Shown: positions 13,167-26,497, counted from the first letter of the stretch. The stretch is DNA of 64,000 nt from Chiloscyllium plagiosum (GCF_004010195.1 NC_057749.1:7523416-7587415), one strand, 5' to 3'. Made by a program: numbers and translations. The notes: generated by a model from the letters alone, not told the origin.

Positions 13167-13765
13167 GGGGAGGTGATGGCCTAGCAATATTATTGCTAGA
13201 CTCTTAATCCAGAGAGGTCAGGCAGCATCTGAGGAGCAAGAGAGTCAACATTTGGGCATAACCCTTGAAGTTGACTTTGCCTGAAATGTCGACTCTCTTG
13301 CTCCTCAGATGCTGCTTGACCTGCTGTGTCTTTTGACTTTGATCTCCAGCATCTGCAGTCCTCACTACCTCTTAATCCAGAGGCCCAGGTAATGTCCTGG
13401 GAAACTGGGTTCGAATCTCGTTCATGGCAGATGGTGGAATTTGAATTCAATTTAAAAAAAAGGAATCTGGAATTAAGAGTCTGATGATGATTATGAATCA
13501 ACTGTCGGGAAAAAACCCACCTGGTTTACTAATGTCCTTTAAGGGCATAATATCTATAACATTAGTCTCAACTATCATGAATTGTCAGAAAAAAGGTTGG
13601 CTCACTTAATCCCCTTGAGGGAAGGAAACTGCTGTCCTTACCTGGTCTGGCCTGCACGTGACTCCAGACCCACAGCAATGTGGCTGACTCTCAAACTACC
13701 CTCTGGATAATTAAGGCAATAAATGCTGGCCTGACAAGCAATATCCTCATCCTGTGAATGAATTT
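13167..13765 (+). mobile_element. Second SINE family copy interrupted by a Penelope-like element
   Basis: Homologous to 53997-54350. Other copies at 17725-18295 (-), 34980-35310 (+), 38985-39330 (-) and 46990-47470 (-, fragmented). Confidence 0.72.
13215..13368. mobile_element. Penelope-like element, family A, nested in a SINE
   Basis: 14-bp target duplication ctcttaatccagag (13201-13214 and 13369-13382); inverted arms. Confidence 0.78.
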
Positions 13766-15749
13766 TTTTTAAAAACTCATCCCATTAAAAAAATACACCC
13801 AAGGGGGAAGCCAGGATCTCTGTTTAATATCTCACCCACATTTTTGAACTCCTGGCTGTCTGGAATTTATGTAGGCCTCGTTCTAAAATTAGTTTGCACC
13901 TTCCAGTGGATGAGCAGTATATACAGCTCTTGCGACTTCCCAGAGTTTTATTTTTAAACTCCTGGAGTGTCCTTATATGCCGATAATGACTTGTTAGCAA
14001 ATCAATCTGTGAATTCTGAGAGACCAGAATGCTTCCAAAGGAACCCTCATGCAATTGTCTCCAAGGTAAATATAGCCATGGAAACACCCCTAAAGCTATT
14101 TGTTGCTAGTACAGGCAGATAACATCATCAATTCCAAATCCCTTGTGGATGACAGCAAAGAATGGACACAGCAGTCAATTGACAAAGGTGCCAGCTTATA
14201 TTTTGCAGAGCAAAAACTAAGTCAGAAAGCCGGAGGAAGAAAACAAACACACACTCGGTAGCAGATGATTGCAATTCCTTTCTTTGTGCAACTGAATTGT
14301 TCATTTAAATTGCCACTCGTCCTTTTCTCAATGTTAAGTTTCTACAAGTATTAACAGTGACTAGAAGTGGCCAAATATTTATCAAAGCAAAATTAAATAT
14401 TATGGCCCGCAAACTAATCTATTGATTTCTTGTACGGTTTTATGTGGATTTTGACCTCCAGAGCTTAACAAAGTGAAAATAAATATTTAATTATTTCCCT
14501 AAATAAAAATCAATATTTCCCAGAGTTAGCTAAACAAATTAGTCCCATAAATTCTCAAAATGTGCCTGTGACAATTGGACTCTCCATGACGTGCACGGTT
14601 TTTCCCCTGCTGTGGTTTGGAAAGGTAACGACAGGACTACCAAAGTAGGCATTTATTGTTTATTTCTACAGTCGATAGCTTTCTAATTATTCACTCAGAC
14701 TCTCGCAGTGCACTCTCCAGAACAGACATAATGACTGCTGTTGTTCCCGGCCAACGTGCCTGCTCCCAATTCCTCCTCTTGCTCTCAAGAGATGCTTTAA
14801 TGCCAGAAGAAATACAATTTGAAAAAGAAATCTGGTTTGTGCATACACACCCGCACAAGAACAACAGCTTTGCAGGAGTAATAGTGTTTGGGGTTTTGCA
14901 CAAGAACAGCATTAATTGTAACTTGCACCTTTCGTGAGAGCAACCAACAGAGGGAGTCCAGTACCTTTGTGCTAACCAACAAAGTACCAACAAAATGTAG
15001 AGAAGCTTGCTTTTCTCTTTCTGTTATGCAAGCTCAGAAGGTGCTTCTACTGCCTGTAAATTCCTATGACAAAACACAGCCCTAAAAACTCAAAAGAGAG
15101 AGAGAGCATCTCACCATTAGAGAGACCAACATGTGAAACAAGACCGTCAGGGAAAATGAGAGTTTCTATTTAAGCCAGGTCTATGTTAGCCTTGTGGACA
15201 GGGCTCAGAGGTTTTGTGGTGCAATGCATATTGGCCCTGCCTCCCAGCCAGAAGCTCTGGGTTTGAATACTAGCTGATCGATTGGATTTAAGGATGGTTC
15301 TTTCATAACGTGGCCAGTGCCTTCCTGCACTGCGATCAGTTTGCTGGATGGCTAGTTTGCAATGCAGTGGGACGCCAACTATGCGGGTTCAATTCCCGCA
15401 CCCGCTGAGGTTAACCTGAATGTCCTGCCTTCACAACTTCCCCCCTCACCAGAACTGTGGAGACTTTCAGATTAAACCATCGATCATCTCTCTCTCTCTC
15501 TCTCTCTCTACTGAGAGAGCAACCCCCGGTCCTCTAGGACTATGATGACTTTGCCTTGACATGGCAACGGCAGGCACTAAGTTCAGGAGAGTTTCCTGGT
15601 TACATTGGACCTTCCACCACTCCTATCTATGGCCACACAGTTAAAAGCACAACAATTCAAACTGCCCAGGTGAACTGTAACAACAAGGACATCTTCCTCT
15701 GGAATAGATCCACAGAACGATGATGAGAGAGCAGGGATGTTTGGGGGTG

Positions 15750-16037
15750 AATCACAGAATCCTTACAGCGTGGAAGCAGGCAGTTCCAAAGAACATGCCA
15801 CCTAAACCCACCCCCATAATCTATCCCTGTAACCTTGCATCTCCCATGGTCAAGCCACTGAGCCTGCAGGTCCCCGAGCATCGAGACTCCACACAGACAG
15901 TCACCCAAGGGTGGAATCAAACACAGGTCCCTGGTGCTGTGAGGCAGCAGTGCTAACCACTGAGCCACAGCCCAAGGCTGGAATTGTACCTGGGTTCCTG
16001 GTGCTGTGAGGCAGCAGTGCTAACCACTGAGCCACCG
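15750..16037 (-). mobile_element. HE1-type SINE, internally deleted, with a duplicated tRNA-like head
   Basis: The head segment occurs twice (about 15904-15968 and 15971-16036). Confidence 0.8.
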
Positions 16038-17866
16038 AAGAGGGAAGGGGAAACAATTTTCTCTTAAACTGAAAAGTACATTAAATATATATAAAAACAG
16101 AATGCAATATTAATCTGAATCAAACTTCCTTCCTTCAAATCAAACCCACACAGCAAGACACCATGAACCAGCAGAAGGTAGTCAAAATTAATGATCACTT
16201 CTGGATTCCAGCTACCTCTGAACTATTATTCCCTCTTCAGTGAAGGTAATTTTGGTCTTTAACTACAAGTCTTTTCAGCCCCAGGGAAGGGATGTGGAGC
16301 CACTCAACATCATATGGCTACTTTTCTTAATAGTGGGAAAAAAGTGAGAAACAAAAGGGCATTTGTTATTAAAGAAAGACAAGCTACCAAATTCATTTTC
16401 ACTTTTCAGTCTACAGGCTTGCCAATCATTCAACGTTGATTCTTAATTAAAAACAAAATTACTGTCAAGGTGAACATTTAAGGTCCTGCTAATTTAACAG
16501 AGTGTTAAAATTGCCGGCAAAACCAGACAAAAACACACACACACACACAGTAGAACATGCAGTGAGCTCACTTCAATTCCCCAGCAAACAGGCAAGAGAA
16601 AATGAATGCAGGGCTATTGACAAAGTGAAGGCCTTTACACCTCTTCCACTGAACTGGACATTCAACTGACACCCCACAAACAGCACAGCCTCCTTTTCCA
16701 ATCCTCCTCATTGTTAAGATTGGAAGGTTGTTGAGAATTTCAGCAGGTTATTACAGGGCCTTTCAGCTTCCATCGTCCCCCAGTGCGAGAGACAGTTATT
16801 ACGCATCCTCATATCTCACCATCTCTTTGCAATTGGCTGCCTATTAGCTACAATGGCTTGCCTGTAAATCACTTCGCCTTATTTATGCTAAAATCATTAT
16901 AATTTCGTTTCTGCCATTCATTGAATTTTATGCGCAGTTACAGCCGTTTAATGTAAGTTGCAAGATCATTCTTTAGTGTAAAACCCGGCATTACAGTGTT
17001 CGTCATTCAGTGTAAATCATTATTAGTGGGTGCCGCACTCTGTGTACATCATTGTTAGTGTGAATGGGAAGGACAGTCGAGAGCGATTACTTCCTACGTG
17101 TATTACATTTGTCCAAGATGGTCTGTTGTTGCTGCTGGCAAAACAGAACCATTGAACAATGTGCTGGGCTACGACTTACCAAGCCAGTTTCCCCTGCAAG
17201 ATGGGTTGCCAACTCTGCAGAACAGGAATTTGAGTCCCTAGAAATTGCCACTTGCGCCATTGAAATGGAAATTCCTGGTGCTCTCGAAAGCCTAGGCAGC
17301 TTTGATGGAAGTGGTGCACTCAGTACCACATCCCCTGCCTTTAACTAGTATGCACATCAGACAAGTATTGTGCAGTAAGGGAGGGGGAGAATCTGTTGAC
17401 TTTGTTTGGGTGACCTGGTCAGGTGTCCCCCTTCCCGGCATGGGAGAATTACAAACGATTTTACCATCCCTTCCACATTTCCCCACCTTCCTGCTCTACC
17501 ACATCAAAGAACAAGTAATCATGGACCAACCTCCTCACTCTACATGCTGACCAGTATAATTGGGCTAGTCATTAGCATGTTGTTACTGGCCACTGAATAT
17601 TCCTGCAAGTTGGACTCAGAATAATTTTGAGCCTTCACACTGATGGGACAAAACACCACCCTCAGAAATAACAGTTGTGCAACACTTCCAGCTTACACAG
17701 ATACCAATATTACTTTATCTTGAAAAATTCTTTGGTGGGATGTTTGTGTTAATGGTGAGGCCAGCATTTGTTGCCTATCCCTAACTGCCTTTGAACTAAA
17801 TGGCCATTCCAGAGAGCTGCTTATAGTCAACCCCATTGCTGTGGATCTGAGGTTACATGGATGCCG

Positions 17867-18065
17867 GCTGAAAATGTGTTGCTGGAAAAGCGCAGCAGGT
17901 CAGGCAGCATCCAAGGAGCAGGAGAATCGACGTTTCGGGCATGAGCCCTTCTTCATGCCCGAAACGTCGATTCTCCTGCTCCTTGGATGCTGCCTGACCT
18001 GCTGCGCTTTTCCAGCAACACATTTTCAGCTCTGATCTCCAGTATCTGCAGTCCTCACTTTCTCC
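17867..18065. mobile_element. Penelope-like short palindromic element, family A
   Basis: Perfect 78-bp inverted arms (17867-17944 and 17953-18030), terminus ...atctgcagtcctcactttctcc, imperfect target duplication tacatgga(a)tgcc; interrupts a SINE. Confidence 0.8.
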
Positions 18066-18546
18066 TACATGGAATGCCAGACCAGGTAAGGACAACAGGT
18101 GTCTTTCCCGAAAGAAAGAGAAAGTGAACCAAGAAGGAGTTTTGAACAACAATCAAAAGTTGTCAGCATTACCAAGACTAGTCTTGTATTCCAGATTTTA
18201 CTAATAAATTTAAATTCCAGCAGCCGTCCTGATATTCCCGAAAGCATTGCCCCGTCTGCTGGATTACTAATCAGACAAAATTATCACTACACCACAGTGA
18301 GTGAGGTAGTTATTTGAATTAGCCTGTTCAGATTTGTTATGACACACCACTGGAGTAGGTGGGGCTTGAACACAGGCTTCCTGGCCCAGAGGTAGGGACA
18401 CTACCACTGAACCTTAAGAACCACCCATGAAAGAGGTACAATTGTTAGAAGTGATCTGTGCACTTCTTTGTATTCTCATCCAGAGCTAATAACTGAGCGA
18501 CATAGTGGAACCAGCTATTTCACAATGTACAGCGTCACTCACAAAA

Positions 18547-18926
18547 ACAAAGTTAAAAATCACACAACACCAGGTTATAATCCAACAGGTTTAATTGGAA
18601 ACACACTAGCTTTCGGAGCAATGCTCCCTCATCAGGTGATAGTGGAGGGCTCGATCGTAACACAGAATTTATAGCAAAAATTTGCAGTGTGATGTAACTG
18701 AAATTATACATTGAAAAATATATAATTTCATGTATAATTTCAGTTACATCACACTGCAAATTTTTGCTATAATTTCTGTGTTACGATCGAGCCCTCCACT
18801 ATCAACTGATGAAGGAGCGTCGCTCCGAAAGCTAGTGTGCTTCCAATTAAACCTGTTGGACTATAACCTGGTGTTGTGTGATTTTTAACTTTGTACACCC
18901 CAGTCCAACACCGGCATCTCCAAATC
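18547..18926. mobile_element. Penelope-like palindromic element, family B
   Basis: Inverted arms of about 165 bp (18547-18711 and 18730-18894), a hammerhead motif in each arm, 12-bp target duplication ctcacaaaaaca (18538-18549 and 18927-18938). Confidence 0.82.
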
Positions 18927-19486
18927 CTCACAAAAACATTGTTACTTCCATTTGTTTACTCAGATAGTCCTCTGCTCACGGGTAGAAAGTGAGCAGAGGT
19001 ATTTGGATTACTGTCACCTCCTGGTTAGAATGCAAATACTGTCCTTTGTTAATATCTAGTCTTTCTTTCAGAACTCACTGCGTTATTTTCCCTTTGTGTT
19101 TGATTAGAGAACCTAGCTGAAGACTCAAGATCTGTAGCTGCAAAACTTGCATAGAAAATTAACTAAACCAAGGAGGAGGGATTAGGTTTTACCTACTGTG
19201 AGTTTTGAAAATGTCAGGCTGGAGGAGAAAGGGGATGCTGGAAGGGAGGAAGGAGTTATCCATAATTGAAGATTCTGTGCACAGTAAGTTTCTGAACAAT
19301 ATATTGTTGTCAGAGTATGGATTTCATTATATACTATGAATGGTAAACGTGAGAGACATTAGATAGAAGGCAAATGAGAACAGCATTAAAAAGGGGAAGA
19401 AAAAAAGGAGAACAACAGGCATAAACAGAGAGGAATGGAAAGGAAAAAGGTTGGAGGGGGAGAGAGAGGAAAAAACAGAAAGAAAA

Positions 19487-19635
19487 NNNNNNNNNNNNNN
19501 NNNNNNNNNNNNNNNNNNNNNNNNNNNNNNNNNNNNNNNNNNNNNNNNNNNNNNNNNNNNNNNNNNNNNNNNNNNNNNNNNNNNNNNNNNNNNNNNNNNN
19601 NNNNNNNNNNNNNNNNNNNNNNNNNNNNNNNNNNN
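19487..19635. other. Assembly gap
   Basis: Run of N flanked by A/G-rich low-complexity sequence. Confidence 1.
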
Positions 19636-20309
19636 TGAAAAAAGAGAAAACAAGAGAAAGAGAAAGGAAAAAGAAAAAAATGAAATAAAGACAAAAAAAT
19701 TAAGAAAAAGTGAAGGAAAGAATGAAAAAAGAAATAAAAAGAGCGAGAGAGGAAAAAAGACAAAGAGCAGGAGGGAGAGAAAGAAAGAAAATGAGAAAGA
19801 TCTGCCCCTTGCAATATGTATATTAGGTGTCAGAGCTTTAAATTGAGTCTGGAGGAAAAAACGACAACGAACTCTCAATTCGGCAGCAGTGCACTGGAGA
19901 GGTGATTAGTTGAGACTGTCGTACACTAAAGTATGAGGCACAACATGTCCTCAATAGAGATTAAATGAACAGCAGCCAACCAATCAAACCACTGTATTTG
20001 CTCGCACTATGATCAAATTAATAATACTTACACATGTCATACTGCAAAGGTCATAGCAGCAGACTTTGTCTAAAAGTACAAAGCTCGACAGTACGAATAC
20101 TGATTGAATTAAAGTCAAACTTCAAAATACACAGTAATAAATGAAAAGGTATTTAAACAAACTAAAGAACAGATCAGCTGAAGGTGTTATTTTATTATTG
20201 ACTGATGCACAAAGAACAAGTGTTTAAAAGCTACATTCCGACTGCATGTAAAAGATGTAGAAAATAAATGTGCAAGTGGAACAAAACTCAAATAAATCGA
20301 GTCTTGTGT

Positions 20310-20930
20310 GTGCTTCATCTCCATTACAGCACCTGACTCTATCCTCAGCTTGTCCACTGCAGAATGCTTCATCCATGCCTTTGTTGCCTCTACTCCCATG
20401 TGGCGGTCATCCTACTCTCTGGGGAGGATTTATTTGTTCTCATCCAACCCTTTGTCTGCCGTGTCCTAAGTCATACTGTGTTCCATTCACTCTCCCCAAC
20501 TCCCCCCACACCCCATCCCCACACTCATTGATCTGCATTAATATCTCAATGAAGCTACATCTTAATTGTACAGTACTCCAGTTTATTTTCAAATCCCTCC
20601 CTGACCTCACAATTGCTTACCTCTACATTATCCTTCAGCCCCATAACCTCCTGAGATTTCTACACTCACTAAACTCTGTTCTCATGAGCTTCCTCCATTT
20701 TAATCACTCTGCCACTTCAGCTAGTAAGGCCAAACATCTGGAATGCCTTCCCTAAAATCTCATGTTCCTCCATTAAAATGCCCTTAAAACTTATCTCTTT
20801 GAAGCTTCTGGACATTTGCCCCCAATAGTACCTCACATGGCTCAATGTCATATGTTGTTCCAAAAACTCCTTGTGAGTTGGGATGTTACATGACAGGAAA
20901 GAACAATGTAATTGAAAGTTGTCATTTTGT
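20310..20930 (+). mobile_element. Old L2-like LINE 3' remnant
   Basis: FIHAFV.S and IFKSL..L..AYL...LQPHN..R.L.S motifs plus an L2-type tail; a similar tail at 23270-23590. Confidence 0.6.
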
Positions 20931-23900
20931 GAAGCCAAATCCAAGCATTGGCCAATTGCTGGATGTGTTGGATTAACAATATTAAAGCTTATGACTGTCT
21001 AATGTGATACTGAACCATAACAACTGGGAGGATGTGATGTTTCTCCATGTCAGTGTTGTGTTAGCTATCCACGATTGGTATGGTGGTGGGAACGTGGAAC
21101 ATTGACATGGCTCTTTTGAGTTAGGCCAGTAAGAGAAAATAACCAGCTGGAATTCCCCTTGCTATCAACTACCCATCGACCCTTCTGAGGTGCTGAAGAG
21201 GTGGGTCAGGTCTGTCTTGAATAGCAGTCAATCAATGGATTGCCCAGTGATCCTCACCACCTGGGCATGCACAATGGTGCCCGAGGAGCAATGGTGATAG
21301 TGGAACTGGGCTAAACCAATACCAGAGAGATGAGGAGGGGAAGGAGCCTCCATATTACAAGTTGGTGAAACAAGGAAACAGATCAGTCCATTGCTGCCCC
21401 ACAATCTTCCTCAAGGCATGCTCTCCATTACAGTTGAGCCATGTTTTGGATAAGGAGCAAGTATAGAGGGTAAAATGACACTGAAGAGCAGAAACAAAAT
21501 ATCACAAGGGGAAGATTATAATGCTACCTCTTGGGTGATTGAACATCTGACTAGAAACGGACTTGAAGAAAGAAATGCTTGTGAGCAAGTTGCCCAAAAG
21601 GGAAATACATTTGTATGCTGGGCATAGTGACATGAAAAATAAGATATAGGTTTATTTCTACGGTTTGATACACATCAAGTCATCCATACTGCAACTATGA
21701 ACACCATCCAACAGTTGTCTGACAGATTAGCCCACATAACTCTTTGAAACCCAAAGTTGTTGACTAGATACTGCTGTCGGTTTACAGCATCACTGTGGAG
21801 TTTCCTACATTTCGGAAACATGGTAAATCAATGTCCTACTCTTTGACACACAGGCAGTTCGAGAAACAAACTTGCTATGGTCAAACTGTTTAATACTCTT
21901 CATGCCAAGCACATTCATTATTAATTCCAGTTTAAATGCAGTGGGGATAAAAATATTCATTTAAAAAAAAAACTCAAATCAAGCACATCTAAAAATACTG
22001 CTCAGAACAAACCATATTTTAGCAACACCAGTGTGATATTCATTAATAAATAAAACCAGATGCACAAAACTGGGAGCAGAGGTCAAAAAAAAAGTTATAT
22101 TAATTCAAGCATCATACATCAAAATGGATCACAACGGAATTGAAAAAAAAATGCCAATTTTTCCTTTCAAACTATGCGAAGAAAACAAGATCTCTTTTAA
22201 TGTATCCATGAACACTTTCAATGCAGTAACTTTAACTGCATCATTTAGCTTGCATTTCTCATCCATTTGGAATTTCAAAGGGAGATAAATTGTCACACAG
22301 ATTGCATTTTAATTAGGAAGTAGAAGGAACTTTAGTGTTGAAATGAGACATTTCCTGCCCAGAATTCTCCATTCTGAGATAAGACGTGTTCAACATAGAG
22401 AAGAGATGCAAATTATACATAAAGAATTTGGAACAGGGAGGGGGTAAATTAGCACTGATTCCAACATTTGAAGGGGAAGTAGAATTCAGGCAAAAGGGAA
22501 ATTGAGGTGTTACCTCCACAGCTTTCTCCATTTGGACAGAAATGGGATAAACACAAAGTATTTTTGAAGCAGTATTGTGTAATCAAATATTTTGTGCTCA
22601 GTGTTGACAGGAAATAATCTCTGGTCACAGTCACCACAAACTGCACACAATGTAAAGTACCCCCCTACAATTTCTTAACAATGAGTGTTTACCCCAAGTT
22701 TGCTTCTGTACACTCTATTTCAATGTAAAGCTTCATCTATGTCAGTTTATCAGACTGCAGAGATACAAATGCCATTCAATACTAGACAAGGTGATCTGGA
22801 TTTAGATTGTCGAAAACTTTGATTACAGAACCTACTTCATTCCTGAGGAACATAGTTTTCATGGTTAAGAGAGATCTTCATCAATCCAGGCTGGAGTTAA
22901 TCCCGGAGGTCATCAGATACGCGTTGTCAGCCACCACCTGCTGGCCTGGCTGGCTCAATCTGCAGAGCCTGCAGCATTTTATATCAGAGCTCTGGGTTCG
23001 AGCCCAGTGCTAGGCACTCTGGGTTTAAAATCTGGGGTCTTCGGACACAGTGGTGGCATCCCTGCCTCTGCCCCAGAGGAGTGTCAAAACATGCCAAGTC
23101 AAGTTCATGAAAAATATATCACCCACTACCTCCACTTTTAATCTCCTCCCACGCTGGTCAAGAACAATCCAAAATATTAAGTGGAGGTATCCTATAAAAG
23201 CCTTCCCAGCAGTAACCTGCACTTTAAATTATATGACACAATTGATTATTTTCCTTTGAACCTTTGAACTTACCTCCACCACTCCAAATTCCCAAACTTC
23301 TGCATTCCTTCAACCCTTGCCTCTTGTGTATCTCTAACACATCACCCCTGCTATCTTCTGTCAACTAGGCCTGAGCTCTGTTCCTCACCATCAGTCTCTC
23401 TCTCTCTCTGTCTGTTTCTCTCTCTGTCTCTCCCTCTCATTTTTTTAATGCACTCTTCCTCTTTCACCAAGTATTTGGCCTCCAAACCTAAAGACTCCTT
23501 CGATATTTATGCAAAATTGTAGTGAGGTTGTGTTTCTTTTGAAGTGCCTGAGGACATTTTACATTGAAATAGCCGCAATGAGATGCTGAAGTATCACAAA
23601 CAACTGTGCAGTATCACTCTTCCTTCTCACTCTCAAGAGTGAGCTTCCAACCTCTCTGCCCTGTTTGTGGAGTTGCGAGTTAAGCAACTGAAAGGGGGAG
23701 TTGAGAGTGAAGAATGCTAAATGGTGGCTTCACAAACTACAAATGGGACTATAAATGCAGAAAGACCCAAGCACCCAGGAAAGTCACTTATCCGTGCATC
23801 TCTTTATGGTTGACAACTAAAACAAAACTGCAGCAAAGGTGACAGCAATTATGAAGCCCAGAACCATGAAAGTATGTGAAAAATCAATCATTAGGCTTCA

Positions 23901-26414
23901 AGGTATAGACCAAGCCAAAACAGAAACAAACTACATTTGGAAATAAGCAAAGGACATTCAAAATTAAATACAACATCAGTCATCAAAAAAAGGAGTATCT
24001 TTTTAAAATAAAAAAAGTAATCTGGCATTAACAGGTTCAAAATCAACTAAGATTAAATGCACCACAATGAAATTTTACACTGTTAAAACTTCCCATTGTA
24101 CCAAGGACAATTTCACAGGATACATTTGTGCAACTCAATAAATAGCAAAAGCTGTACTGAATTAATTGTTCAATTTCTTTTTAAAGGTGGAAACCTCATA
24201 GGGGATTGGTTAATGATTTATTAACTACTCCTGAAAAGAGAGGATTGCAATTTTGCCTTTTCGCAACAGCCAGAGATAAAGAAAATCATTATCTGAAAAA
24301 GGTATAGCTCTCTCTCTGAACGACCATACTGCTACTAATTACAAGCAAAACAGCTTTCTACACAAAAATAAGTATGTTCAAAGGCAAATCCAAAGATAAA
24401 ATATTTGCAATCCTAAATTGGAAGTGCTACTTATACAGAATTCCCCGTCGGTACAGAAGTAACCTGTGGAGCAACATTATAATGGGAATGGAAAACCTAT
24501 TGTAGAATCAACAATCCATGTCAACAGGCAGTGAAGAGCCCCTTCTTTAATACTAGTGTTCACACCACTGACGAAAAAAATCTTCCCTTTTTTTTAAAAG
24601 GCAATAAATATTCATAACTTTCGATGGGAAACATCAGCATCTGCACAGAGAGGCAAAGCCCTAAAGAGCACTCAAGCCTTATGCAGTGTTTATATAATAA
24701 AAATTTCACCAGCCCTACAGAGGAAGACAGGAGTTTCTCTTGTCAACCTTTTGCATCAAGTGCGGTGCCTGCTGCAGTTTGGCAAGTATCAGCCGGGAAT
24801 GAGTAACTGCACCCGGTGGATTCGGAAATAGACGTTTAACGTGTTGCTAATCGCGTCAAACCGCATCTCTTAACCACTGAAATCCGCGCTTGCCCTTCGT
24901 TAGGTATTCAACAGCACACAGGGAAACAAAAATGGATCTGCTGAACATGGGCTACCTCCCCGTCACAAGTGCTGAAATGCTGGACAGCTCCCTGCTTCCT
25001 ACTGTCAGAGACGCATTATTGGAACATTGTATGATGGGCATGGAAACTAACCAAACGGGAGTACCACATCGAATGTCAAAGGCTGACATCCATGTCACCG
25101 GGAGGCGGGTCTCATCTAACTACCTTGAAATTAAGCAGTGCAGATAAATGTCAAGTGTGGCCACATGTCTGACTGAGAGAGTAAATTTCAGACTCAAAAA
25201 AAAGTACATATGTTGCAACTGTTTCACATCCTCCAGCAACTTCTCGTGTCCACCATCTCACGACAGGTTAGAAAGCACCCCAACCCCTCCATTTTCAGTA
25301 TTGCCAGTTCAAATGGCGATGGCAATTCAGCAACACAACATTAACACTTAAAACAGCTGACCTCTATTTTTGCCTCCAACCCCTCCCCATGTAACCGAGC
25401 ATATAGCATTCAGGGCAACAGTATTTATCACTGTCTGCTTTACTTGGATACAGGAACACAGATAACAGTAATCAATGTGAATGGTACAGTAATTTTTCAA
25501 CAAAGTCCTTTGGTCAAAATGGGAAGCGTCAAATGGAATTTGCAGAACTCATTTCCAGTTTAATATTCACATCCCTCCCTCCCACCTCCCTCCAGCCCCC
25601 AGCTTGATGAAGTGAAGGGTCTTCCTCATCTTGTAACAAAGCCTGTTATATTCATTCGTCTTATCAGCTTATATTTGTGACTTGAACAACAATGCAAATA
25701 CTGCAGCATGACGTATCCAAAAAAAAATTTAATTCAGCCCATGGCAGCTCAGAGGGAAGTGGATTCGGCTACAAAAAAAAACACCCCAGCACTACAAACC
25801 CAGCGTTAGCAGAGATGCAAAATAAAAACTAAAAAAAAATCCAGGCACAACAACGTTTAATTCCAAGCCCAAAACACACGTTTTAGAAATGATCATTAAG
25901 TGCCAAGGTAGAGAACATGTCAAGGGAAGGAGAGATTGAAAATGTTGGAAATAACACCACTTGGGTATCATGCCAGTCTCACATGCCTTAACAGAAGCAG
26001 TTTGCTCCGTGGGACAGGCAGATCTCATTTCAGAAATCAGGAGCAGCAATGCGCAGTTGCTCAATGGATCTCTCTTCAGCCAGTGTTTGCACTCTGTGAA
26101 ATCTTGCAATGATCTTGCCTGCTGCAATGTCAAGATCTGTGACTGACAGGACAGATTGACACGTTATTTTTATATGCAGGAGGTGATGGGAGGATGGAGT
26201 GGGGGGGGTAGAAATTCATGAAAAGAAGCCGTCCTCTTCTGCTCTGCTGTTGAAGCAACTAGTATATGATGCATGTGCACCACTGTTAACAAGAGCCTTC
26301 ACAAACAGGAACTGCCAAGACGCAGAGCCTGGCAGAAATACTGAAGTGGGTGAAGGGATAAAAAGGTCAGATCTTTCATAACGGTAAGGTAATAAAACAA
26401 AATTATCCACTCAC

Positions 26415-26497
26415 CCCTGGTAACGTTTTCTGCTCGTGCAAAGCGCTCTGAGCTTTAAGGGCCGAATCTCTGGCACAGTATGTGAGGAAGGCACAAC
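26415..26497 (-). CDS. CELF6: CELF6-like coding exon 2 (rest of RRM1), not in the ORF track
   Basis: 83-nt exon flanked by cacacag| and |gtgagt; phase matches exon 1. It reads (G)[35 protein letters not shown] (CELF4 has CERESALK) together with exon-1 MKDHD favours CELF6; the paralogue assignment is less certain than the family. Confidence 0.92.

Noticed and set aside
1..26414. CELF6 exon 3 (expected about MNRPIQVKPADSE)
   Set aside because: Not found by eye on the minus strand; probably left of the window, though a short exon could have been missed or lie in a gap.
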